A stretch of DNA of 64,000 nucleotides. It comes from Desulfobacteraceae bacterium Eth-SRB1. Lineage in GTDB: Bacteria > Desulfobacterota > Desulfobacteria > Desulfobacterales > ETH-SRB1. The notes under the pieces are model-generated. The model was given only the letters and a program-made list of their open reading frames with translations, made no database searches and was not told the origin of the DNA. This document shows positions 1-8,221 of the stretch, one piece after another (within the stretch, counting starts at the first letter, position 1; every line of letters starts with the position of its first letter). The DNA is taken from the NCBI GenBank assembly GCA_004193555.1, contig RPGP01000029.1, forward strand, positions 36,093-100,092, written 5' to 3'. Made by a program: the position numbers and the translations under genes.

Positions 1-1
1 T

Positions 2-154
2 TTTATAACCTTTTTTATGTCCCATCAAAGGCTTTGTGTTGAAATAAGCAAAAGCGGAAAAAACAGCAGAATTATGGTGGCAGGGACAGCAAACAAAAAT
101 AAACTTGGAATGCAAAGCAGGATAAAGAAAATAGCGAAAAACCTGAGCAAGTAA
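2..154 (+). CDS. C-terminal fragment of ResB/Ccs1-type cytochrome c biogenesis protein (runs off the window start)
   Basis: Open frame FITFFMSHQRLCVEI...IMVAGTANKNKLGM...LSK* directly upstream of ccsA; resembles ResB C-termini. Confidence 0.6.
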   Translation, partial: FITFFMSHQRLCVEISKSGKNSRIMVAGTANKNKLGMQSRIKKIAKNLSK

Positions 155-166
155 GTAATCAAGAAT

Positions 167-311
167 TGATGGCATTATAAAAAAGTCCAAAATTGCTATT
201 TACAAAATGTGTCAGGTGTTAAGCGTTTGATATGACAATTAAATATTTTATCTTAATACCTAACACTTAACACCTAACACTTGATGAATTCGACTTTTTA
301 CAAATTCATCA
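167..311. repeat. Family A MITE-like intergenic element (TGATG...CATCA ends, TAACAC(T/C) subrepeats)
   Basis: Starts TGATGGCATTATAAAAAAGTCC and ends TGATGAATTCGACTTTTTACAAATTCATCA; relatives at 11615, 20081, 22334, 35310, 59220. Confidence 0.75.
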
Positions 312-328
312 ATATTGAGGATAAATTA

Positions 329-1168
329 ATGAACAGTTCAAATTTGTTATCAATTGTAACATTTACATATGCCCTGGCGGCATTCTTATATATTGTTTCC
401 TGGGTTTTTAAGAAACAGTTACCCGGCAGGATTGCCACCTGGATAGCTATAATTGCTGTTATCGGCAATACAGGGGGTATTGCTTTACGATGGATAGAAT
501 CTTACAGGCTTGGAATAGGTCATGCCCCGCTTTCAAATATGTATGAGTCCCTTGTCTTTTTTGCGTGGACTATCGGGGTCATATATCTTGTAATTGAGCG
601 CACTTACCAAAATCGGATAATAGGAGTCCTTGCAACCCCTCTTGCCTTTATGGCTATAGCATATGCCTCACTTTCCCCCAATATCAGCGATCGTATACAG
701 CCTCTGATTCCGGCATTAAAAAGCAACTGGCTTATTGCCCATGTAGTCACCTGTTTTATTGGATATGCCGCTTTTGCAATCGCTTTTGGTATAAGTCTCA
801 TATACCTTCTTAAACGAAAAAAAACAGGGGACAAGGACGGTTTTTTTAATCATCTCCCGGATTTCAGCACCTTGGATGAACTGACGCATCAAATGGTGAC
901 TCTTGGTTTTTTATTTTTGACAATCGGGATAATAACTGGGGCTGTATGGGCTAATTCGGCCTGGGGGAGTTACTGGTCATGGGATCCGAAAGAAACATGG
1001 TCTCTGATAACATGGTTTGTTTATGCAACACTATTGCATGCAAGGATGATGAGAGGCTGGGAAGGAAAGAAACTCGCCTATCTTTCCATAATAGGATTTA
1101 TGGCAGTTATGTTTACATATTTTGGCGTGAATTTTTTGCCGGGTTTGCATAGTTATGGACAGGGATAA
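329..1168 (+). CDS. ccsA: Cytochrome c biogenesis protein CcsA (system II)
   Basis: WWD motif WGSYWSWDPKETW, HAPLSNMYES, multiple TM segments. ATG329 follows a GAGG RBS; the ORF-track start at 281 lies inside a repeat. Confidence 0.93.
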   Translation: MNSSNLLSIVTFTYALAAFLYIVSWVFKKQLPGRIATWIAIIAVIGNTGGIALRWIESYRLGIGHAPLSNMYESLVFFAWTIGVIYLVIERTYQNRIIGVLATPLAFMAIAYASLSPNISDRIQPLIPALKSNWLIAHVVTCFIGYAAFAIAFGISLIYLLKRKKTGDKDGFFNHLPDFSTLDELTHQMVTLGFLFLTIGIITGAVWANSAWGSYWSWDPKETWSLITWFVYATLLHARMMRGWEGKKLAYLSIIGFMAVMFTYFGVNFLPGLHSYGQG

Positions 1169-1180
1169 TAATAATTTTTC

Positions 1181-1317
1181 TTGACAAAAATGATCTTTAT
1201 AGGTAAACGATCAAGAATTATTTGTTACTTAAGATATCTTTGTCAATTTTTTAATGTATTGTGCTTTCAGGTTTATATTATAAATTGATTTTCACAATTT
1301 AGTGAAATCATTAACCA
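1181..1317 (+). promoter_or_regulatory. Putative qrc promoter region with TTGACA and a Rex-like site
   Basis: TTGACA at 1181-1186. TAGTGAAATCATTAACCA at 1300-1317 is 3 mismatches from Rex consensus TTGTGAAnnnnTTCACAA, and there is an adjacent TTCACAA at 1291. Confidence 0.3.
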
Positions 1318-1335
1318 GAGCTTTACGGAGTTTTC

Positions 1336-2121
1336 ATGAGTACATTAGATGATAAAGCTAAAGAGGTTTCTGCCGAAGCTGTCGATGAGGCAGAAACAGA
1401 GTCACCCACGGAAGTAAACGAAAAAAAACAGGATAATGGCCCATGGGGATACATTATCCTGTTTTTTATTATTGGGTTTGCGGCAAGTCTTGTGATCGGG
1501 TGGGGGATTTTTCCTAAGGTTCTCTATTCTCAGAAAAAGCAGCCGATAGATTTTAATCATGTTCTTCATGTTGCGGCTGTTGAGGAAGGATGTGAAAGTT
1601 GCCATTTTTTTCGTGAAGACGGCTCCTTTTCCGGAGTGCCTAAACTTGCCCAGTGCGTTGAGTGCCACGAAGAGGTTCAGGGGGAAGATCCTAACGAAGC
1701 CAAGTTTGTTGAGGAATATGTGGCAAAAGGAAGAGAGGTGCCCTGGCTTGTTTATTCGAAACAGCCTGATTGTGTTTTCTTTTCCCATATAGCCCATGTC
1801 AATATGGGTAAAATGGAGTGTGATACATGCCACGGTCATATTGGTGAATCTACGCATTCAAAGGTTTACGAAGAAAACAGGATTACAGGTTACAGCCGTG
1901 ATATCTGGGGGAAAAACATTGCCGGGCTCAAAAAGAATACATGGGATCGGATGAAAATGGATGATTGTGCTGAATGCCATGCTGAAAATAAAGCGGTTCC
2001 AAAAACCGTCGAGACACTTCCATGGCCTATAAGCTGGATGCCAAGGCCTTATGAAAAACCGGCCAGCAGCCAGGTTAGGGTACAGATAGACAAAGATGCA
2101 TGTTTTGTATGCCATAAGTAA
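1336..2121 (+). CDS. qrcA: Menaquinone reductase multiheme cytochrome c subunit QrcA
   Basis: One N-terminal TM helix; five CxxCH motifs (CESCH, CVECH, CDTCH, CAECH, CFVCH); first gene of a qrcABCD-type operon. Confidence 0.9.
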   Translation: MSTLDDKAKEVSAEAVDEAETESPTEVNEKKQDNGPWGYIILFFIIGFAASLVIGWGIFPKVLYSQKKQPIDFNHVLHVAAVEEGCESCHFFREDGSFSGVPKLAQCVECHEEVQGEDPNEAKFVEEYVAKGREVPWLVYSKQPDCVFFSHIAHVNMGKMECDTCHGHIGESTHSKVYEENRITGYSRDIWGKNIAGLKKNTWDRMKMDDCAECHAENKAVPKTVETLPWPISWMPRPYEKPASSQVRVQIDKDACFVCHK

Positions 2122-2172
2122 TTAAGCTACAGGCTTATTTTTTGCCAGCAATATTTATAAGGGGTATAATCA

Positions 2173-4437
2173 ATGAAAGTATGCAGAAGAAGTTTCTTAT
2201 CATTGGTAATTGGTGGTGCAGCAGGCACGGCCCTTTCGCCATTACCATGGAAGCTGATTGATGACAGTTCTATATGGACACAGATGTGGCCCTGGACTCC
2301 GGTGCCGGAAGATGGCGAAGTTAGTCATGTAAACACTGTATGCTCTCTTTGCCCTGGTGGTTGCGGGCTTACCGTTCGAAAGGTTAATGAGCGGGCAATT
2401 AAGATAGAGGGCATGAAAGGGTATCCTGTAAATGATGGCGGAGTATGCCTTCTTGGATTATCCGGCCTTCAGCTGCTTTATGGTTCTACGCGTGTTAAAA
2501 CCCCTTTGAAAAGAACAGGAGCCAGGGGTGAAGGAAAATGGGAGAAAATATCCTGGGATGAGGCCATTGCAGAAGTTGCAAAAAAGCTCGCCGATTTAAG
2601 GGCAAAAGGGTTGTCCCATACAGTCGGATGTATTGCAGGCTCGGATCGCGGGACAGTAGCTCATCTGCTTGGAAGGTTCCTGACAGCATACGGCAGTCCG
2701 AATTTTATACGTACTCCATCCATGCAGGATTCCTACGAACAGACAATGTACCTGATGCAGGGCGCTCAGGCTTCAGCCGGATTTGATGTTGAAAATGCTG
2801 ATTTTATATTGAGCTTTGGAAGCGGATTAATAGATGGATGGGGATCTCCTGTGCGTATGTTCAAGGCTAACAGCGCATTGAAAAATAAAGGCAAACTGGT
2901 GCAGGTTGAGCCTCGTCTGTCCAATACAGCAGCAAAATCAGATAAGTGGATTCCAATTAACCCTGGGACAGAGTCTGCCTTGGCTCTTGGGCTTGCACAT
3001 GTAATTATTAAAGAATCATTATATGACTATGACTTTGTTAATAATTATTCCTTTGGGTTTGATGATTGGACTGACGATCAGGGCACATCCCGCAAGGGAT
3101 TTAAACAGATTGTGCTTGATGAATACAGTCCGGATGATGTTGCGGAGATTACGGGCATTTCTTATTCCACTATAATAGATCTGGCCAAAAGCTTTGCCCG
3201 TGCATCTAAACCGCTTGCGATTTGCGGACGTGGTCAGGGAAATACCCCGGGCAGTTTAAGTGAATTTATGGCGGTACATGCCTTGAACGCTCTTGTTGGA
3301 AATATCAACAAAAAGGGCGGCGTCTGGGCTGTTCCCGACCCCGATTATATCAGATGGCCTGAAGTAGAAATGGATATTAATGCTGCAAAGGGGATGCGGG
3401 CAAATCGCATAGATGGAGCAGGGGGCAAAACTTATCCGGACTCAAGATATTTGTTGAACAGATTCCCCGAGGCAGTCAATTCCGGAAAAGAATATCCAAT
3501 AGAGGCTCTTTTTGTTGTGGGAGCCAATCCTGTTTATACTCTTCCTGACAGCAGGGCCGTGAAAGAAGCCTTTGACAAGATACCGTTTGTGGTAAGCTTT
3601 TCTTCATATATGGATGAGACCGCCGCAAATGCCGATCTTATTCTTCCTAATCATATTTTTCTTGAACGTTATGAAGATGTGCCTATGCCTGCCGGGCTTC
3701 AGAAACCTGTTGTCGGTCTTTCAAAACCGGTTGTAAAGCCCCAGTTTAATACCAGGCATGTTGGTGATGTAATAATTCAAATAGCAAAAGCATTTGGGGG
3801 AGGAATAGCAGATTCTTTTCCATGGGATAACTATGAAGCCTGCCTGCAAGAAACACTTGGTAGAAAATGGGATACTCTGAACGAAGATGGATTCTGGTTG
3901 GATTCTAATTTTAGGGCTCCGGGTTGGGAAAGGGCATTTGATACGCCATCTGGAAAATTTGAATTTTTTCCCAGAACCCTTGCCGCAAAAAACGAAAATA
4001 CATTTCCACAATTTAGCCCTGTTGAACCCGAAGGTAATGAAGGCAGGTTCCCTCTTATTCTCATTCCATATGATTATATGAGGCTTGCAAGCGGCTTTAT
4101 CGGAGATCCTCCTTTTGCCATAAAAACTGTTGAGGATACAGTGCTTAAGGGTAATGATATCCTTGTTGAGGTTAATCCAAAGTCGGGCAGAGGGTTCAGA
4201 GAAGGCGATCAGGCAATTCTTAGCACCCCGAAGGGCAGTGTAAAGGTCAGGGTTCATCTTTTTGACGGGATTATGCCAGGCTTAGTGGCCATGCCCAGAG
4301 GGCTGGGGCATACAGCATATGACGAATACCTCGCTGACAAGGGTATTAATTTTAATGAACTCATCGGTACGGTTGAAGATCCTGTTTCCGGTCTTGATGC
4401 AGCCTGGGGAATAAGGGCCAAGCTGACAAGAGCTTAA
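2173..4437 (+). CDS. qrcB: Menaquinone reductase molybdopterin-oxidoreductase-like subunit QrcB
   Basis: Tat signal (CRRSFL), Fe-S motif CSLCPGGC...C, molybdopterin oxidoreductase fold motifs, operon position. Confidence 0.9.
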   Translation: MKVCRRSFLSLVIGGAAGTALSPLPWKLIDDSSIWTQMWPWTPVPEDGEVSHVNTVCSLCPGGCGLTVRKVNERAIKIEGMKGYPVNDGGVCLLGLSGLQLLYGSTRVKTPLKRTGARGEGKWEKISWDEAIAEVAKKLADLRAKGLSHTVGCIAGSDRGTVAHLLGRFLTAYGSPNFIRTPSMQDSYEQTMYLMQGAQASAGFDVENADFILSFGSGLIDGWGSPVRMFKANSALKNKGKLVQVEPRLSNTAAKSDKWIPINPGTESALALGLAHVIIKESLYDYDFVNNYSFGFDDWTDDQGTSRKGFKQIVLDEYSPDDVAEITGISYSTIIDLAKSFARASKPLAICGRGQGNTPGSLSEFMAVHALNALVGNINKKGGVWAVPDPDYIRWPEVEMDINAAKGMRANRIDGAGGKTYPDSRYLLNRFPEAVNSGKEYPIEALFVVGANPVYTLPDSRAVKEAFDKIPFVVSFSSYMDETAANADLILPNHIFLERYEDVPMPAGLQKPVVGLSKPVVKPQFNTRHVGDVIIQIAKAFGGGIADSFPWDNYEACLQETLGRKWDTLNEDGFWLDSNFRAPGWERAFDTPSGKFEFFPRTLAAKNENTFPQFSPVEPEGNEGRFPLILIPYDYMRLASGFIGDPPFAIKTVEDTVLKGNDILVEVNPKSGRGFREGDQAILSTPKGSVKVRVHLFDGIMPGLVAMPRGLGHTAYDEYLADKGINFNELIGTVEDPVSGLDAAWGIRAKLTRA

Positions 4438-4453
4438 ATCAAAGTATGAGGTT

Positions 4454-5272
4454 TTGATGAAAGAAGAACATAAACACGTAAAAACCAAAAAGTATGGGAT
4501 GGTCATAGATCTGGATAAGTGTACCGGTTGCGGGTCCTGTATGGTAGCCTGTATGTCTGAGAATAATGTGCCTTTTAAGAAGGACGAAACAAATAAGCTT
4601 GACAGCATCACATGGCTGCGGATCTATAAGTTGACTAACGGAAAAAAGTTTCCTGAAACAGATATATGCTATATCCCAAGACCGTGCATGCAATGCGAGG
4701 GTGAACATGGCCATGCACCATGCGTATCTGTTTGTCCCGCCACTGCTACTGATTATAATCACGAGACAGGGATTGTCAGCCAGATTTATACCCGCTGTTT
4801 CGGCTGCAGGTACTGTATGGCCGCATGCCCATATCATGCCAGGTATTTTAACTGGTGGGATCCGGTATGGCCGGACGGTATGGAGAAATCTTTAAGTCCG
4901 AATGTTTCACCCAGAATGAGAGGTGTAGTTGAGAAATGCAGCTTCTGCTTTCACAGGTATCAACTTGCAAAGAACAAGGCATATGCTCAGGGACGTCGAG
5001 AACTAAAAGAGGATGAATACCAAACTGCATGTACACAGGCCTGTCCTGCCGGCGCTATTACTTTTGGCGACCTGAACAATCATAATCATGCTGTATATAA
5101 GCTTGCAAAACCGGATAACAAGCATGGTGGTCGCCCAAGAAACCCCAATGCATTCAGGCTGCTTGAGAAACTGGGCACCAATCCAAAAGTTTACTACCTT
5201 TCGACCCGTGAATGGGTGAGACGGGCCGGAGATAATTATATTAAAGATGAAGGCAAATTAGAACACCATTAA
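4454..5272 (+). CDS. qrcC: Menaquinone reductase iron-sulfur subunit QrcC
   Basis: CTGCGSC, CMQC, CFGCRYC, CSFC ferredoxin motifs (NrfC/DmsB family). Confidence 0.92.
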   Translation: MMKEEHKHVKTKKYGMVIDLDKCTGCGSCMVACMSENNVPFKKDETNKLDSITWLRIYKLTNGKKFPETDICYIPRPCMQCEGEHGHAPCVSVCPATATDYNHETGIVSQIYTRCFGCRYCMAACPYHARYFNWWDPVWPDGMEKSLSPNVSPRMRGVVEKCSFCFHRYQLAKNKAYAQGRRELKEDEYQTACTQACPAGAITFGDLNNHNHAVYKLAKPDNKHGGRPRNPNAFRLLEKLGTNPKVYYLSTREWVRRAGDNYIKDEGKLEHH

Positions 5273-5326
5273 TCTTGATATTGAACGATAACTTAATCAC
5301 CGCACATATTTAGGAGCACATAAGTT

Positions 5327-6583
5327 ATGGATTCTGCATTAATACCCGAGGGGGTTAAACGCTGTTCATTTGGAAAATTTATCTTATGGATTGTTATAGT
5401 CGGTGCTGTGCTGTTGTGGGGCGTTGTCGCCATGCTGCTTTGCTGGTTCAAGGGGCTTAACCAGACAAACATGAACGATGCCTACGGGTTTGCCCTATGG
5501 ATCTGGGCTGATCTGGCGGTTATCGCTCTTGGAGGCGGAGCTTTTTTTACCGGTTTGTTGAGATATGTCATGGGTAAAGATGAGCTAAAAAACATCATCA
5601 ACTATGCTGTCCTTATAGGGTTTATCTGTTACAGTTCTGCGCTTCTTATTCTTGGGATGGATGTGGGACAACCACTCAGGTCCTGGTTTATATTCTGGCA
5701 TGCGAATGTTCACTCCATGCTGACCGAAGTGGCTTTCTGCCTTTCCTGCTACTTTGCGGTTCTGACCATTGAATATATTCCGCTTATTCTTGAGAACAGG
5801 CAGATTGACAGGGTGCCGTTTTTTCATAACCTGAGCCATAACATGCACGGAATCATGGCGATATTTGCTGCAACAGGCGCTTTCCTTTCCTTTTTCCATC
5901 AGGGATCACTTGGCGGAACCCCGGCAGTTCTTTTTGGGCGTCCATTTTCTTTCAGAGAAGGGGTTTTAATCTGGCCATGGACATTTTTTCTCTTTACCTG
6001 GTCGGCGGCAGCATGCGGGCCGTGTTTTACAATACTTGTTACATGGATTACCGAAAAAATAACGAGGAAAAAGCTTGTTAAGCAAAATGTTATCATGCTG
6101 CTTGCCAAGATTGCCGGCTGGATGCTTGCGACATATACTGTTGCGAAGATAATTGACACCTGGTATTGGGCTACTGTTACGGCGCCGGCCCGAGGATTTA
6201 ACTTCATGGATTTTTATTCCAATAATCCATTATATGGCCCATGGATACTTGTGCTTGAAATAGTTATTTGCGGTGTTATTCCATCTATAATACTTATTAC
6301 CAAAACAGGCCGCAAGTCTTCATTTTTACTTATAAGCGCTGTGCTTCTTGCAGTGCTTGGGGCATGCGTGAATCGCTGGGTGATGGTGCTCCAGGTAATG
6401 GCTGTGCCGGTGCTTACATTTGAAAGCTGGTTTATGTACTTTCCAAGCTGGCAGGAGATCGCTACAACTATTCTTCCGGTAGCATACGGTATTATTCTGA
6501 TAATGATTTCATACCGTTATCTGCCGATATTCCCTCAGGAACAGGAAATAGAGGAGGAGAAAAATGCTTCCATTTTCGTTTGA
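5327..6583 (+). CDS. qrcD: Menaquinone reductase integral membrane subunit QrcD (NrfD/PsrC family)
   Basis: About 10 TM helices; WIWADL, DVGQPLR and FHQGSLGG motifs. Confidence 0.92.
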   Translation: MDSALIPEGVKRCSFGKFILWIVIVGAVLLWGVVAMLLCWFKGLNQTNMNDAYGFALWIWADLAVIALGGGAFFTGLLRYVMGKDELKNIINYAVLIGFICYSSALLILGMDVGQPLRSWFIFWHANVHSMLTEVAFCLSCYFAVLTIEYIPLILENRQIDRVPFFHNLSHNMHGIMAIFAATGAFLSFFHQGSLGGTPAVLFGRPFSFREGVLIWPWTFFLFTWSAAACGPCFTILVTWITEKITRKKLVKQNVIMLLAKIAGWMLATYTVAKIIDTWYWATVTAPARGFNFMDFYSNNPLYGPWILVLEIVICGVIPSIILITKTGRKSSFLLISAVLLAVLGACVNRWVMVLQVMAVPVLTFESWFMYFPSWQEIATTILPVAYGIILIMISYRYLPIFPQEQEIEEEKNASIFV

Positions 6584-6722
6584 ATGGGCGTGGGATATGG
6601 GTCATATGGTATTTATGGGCGGCCTGTGGTATGCGCTGACTATTTTAGGCCTCGGCATGACTTATTGTATTATTATGGCTGCTGTTGATACAGCAAAGGG
6701 CAAAGGTAGTCATAACCACTAA
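6564..6722 (+). CDS. 52-aa membrane protein overlapping the qrcD end (below the ORF-track cutoff)
   Basis: Strong RBS GAGGAGGAG at 6551-6559, ATG6564; MLPFSFEWAWDMGHMVFMGGLWYALTILGLGMTYCIIMAAVDTAKGKGSHNH*; one hydrophobic helix. Confidence 0.75.
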   Translation: MLPFSFEWAWDMGHMVFMGGLWYALTILGLGMTYCIIMAAVDTAKGKGSHNH

Positions 6723-6753
6723 TCGCACGACATATTAATAATAAAGACAGATG

Positions 6754-6799
6754 AAAAGCGCTTATCTCATTGTTAGATGCTGGTAGGCGCTTTTTTTTT
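6754..6799 (+). terminator. Putative intrinsic terminator after the qrc operon
   Basis: AAAAGCGC...GCGCTTTT stem followed by a T9 tract. Confidence 0.5.
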
Positions 6800-6812
6800 G
6801 GAGAATAAATAA

Positions 6813-8066
6813 ATGGACAAAATTGTTGTGGAGGGAGGAGCCTCTCTGAAAGGTGAAGTAAAAATAAGCGGATCCAAAAATGCGGCGCTGCCCATACTGG
6901 TTTCATCTCTTCTTGCAGATGGATGGAACACATATTCTAATGTTCCTGGTTTACGAGATATCAAGAGTATAAAACAGCTTCTTTCATATCTTGGGGCAAA
7001 AGTGGAAACAGATGGAAGTACCGTACGGATTGATGGTAGCGGTCTTTGTAAAAGCGAGGCGCCCTATGATCTGGTAAGGAAAATGAGAGCTTCCATCCTG
7101 GTTCTTGGTCCCCTCGTAGCCAGGCTTAAAAAGGCCAGAGTATCATTGCCGGGCGGCTGCGCTATTGGCGCCAGGCCGATAAATTTGCATTTAAAGGGCC
7201 TTGCGCGTTTAGGGGCTTCAGTTGAATTGAAACATGGTTATGTTGAAGTTTCAGCCGAACGTCTTAAAGGAAATGAGATTTATTTTGATATACCAACAGT
7301 AACCGGCACGGAAAATCTTATGATGGCTGCTGTTCTTGCGGATGGAGTTACTGTTTTACGCAATGCAGCTTGTGAGCCTGAGATCGTGGCGCTTGCCGAT
7401 GTTTTAAACAAGATGGGGGCAGATATTCACGGCGCTGGCGCTTCCATAATTACAATAAAAGGTGTCCAATCAATGCACCCTGTATCGGTGTCCATCATAC
7501 CTGACAGGATAGAGGCAGGCACTTTCATGGTTTCGGCGGCTTTGACCCGTGGAGATATAACGATTCTGGATTGCCAGCCAGCACATATGGGAACCCTGAT
7601 TCATAAGCTTAGACTAACAGGGACAGCTATAAAGATAGATGGTAAAAATATTCATGTTATTGGATCTGATGAAATTGAGAGTATTGATATTAAGACATTA
7701 CCATATCCTGGTTTTCCCACCGATATGCAGGCGCAGTTTATGGTCCTGATGTTGATTGCAAAAGGTCTTAGCATTATATCCGAAACTGTATTTGAAAACC
7801 GTTTTATTCATGTTAGCGAACTCAGGCGTATGGGCGCTGACATTACGATATCCGGCAATTCTGCAATGATTAAAGGTGTGCCCATGCTGTTAGGCGCTCC
7901 GGTAATTGCAACAGATCTTCGGGCCAGCGCTTCGTTGATACTGGCAGGCCTTGTTGCCAGAGGCAAAACAGAGGTGCATCGTGTTTATCATTTAGATCGT
8001 GGATATGAAGCAATCGAGAAAAAATTTGCCCGGCTTGGAGCGTCAATAGAGCGGGTCAGAGAATGA
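6813..8066 (+). CDS. murA: UDP-N-acetylglucosamine 1-carboxyvinyltransferase
   Basis: [38 protein letters not shown]. Confidence 0.98.
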   Translation: MDKIVVEGGASLKGEVKISGSKNAALPILVSSLLADGWNTYSNVPGLRDIKSIKQLLSYLGAKVETDGSTVRIDGSGLCKSEAPYDLVRKMRASILVLGPLVARLKKARVSLPGGCAIGARPINLHLKGLARLGASVELKHGYVEVSAERLKGNEIYFDIPTVTGTENLMMAAVLADGVTVLRNAACEPEIVALADVLNKMGADIHGAGASIITIKGVQSMHPVSVSIIPDRIEAGTFMVSAALTRGDITILDCQPAHMGTLIHKLRLTGTAIKIDGKNIHVIGSDEIESIDIKTLPYPGFPTDMQAQFMVLMLIAKGLSIISETVFENRFIHVSELRRMGADITISGNSAMIKGVPMLLGAPVIATDLRASASLILAGLVARGKTEVHRVYHLDRGYEAIEKKFARLGASIERVRE

Positions 8067-8132
8067 AGGTCAGAAGTCAGAGGTCGGAAGTCAGAGCAAG
8101 GATTGATGATTGTCGATTGAAAAGATAGAATT

Positions 8133-8204
8133 CCTTATTCAAAATTCGACGTTGAACGTTCGATGTTCGATGTTCATCTTTTAAGCCCGCCCGAAGGGCG
8201 CTAA
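8133..8204 (+). repeat. 72-bp dispersed repeat with GTTCGAT heptamers; second copy at 29079-29150
   Basis: CCTTATTCAAAATTCGA..GTTCATCTTTTAAGCCCGCCCGAAGGGCGCTAA; 3 mismatches between the copies. Confidence 0.9.
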
Positions 8205-8221
8205 GTTCAGTAATATTAGAA

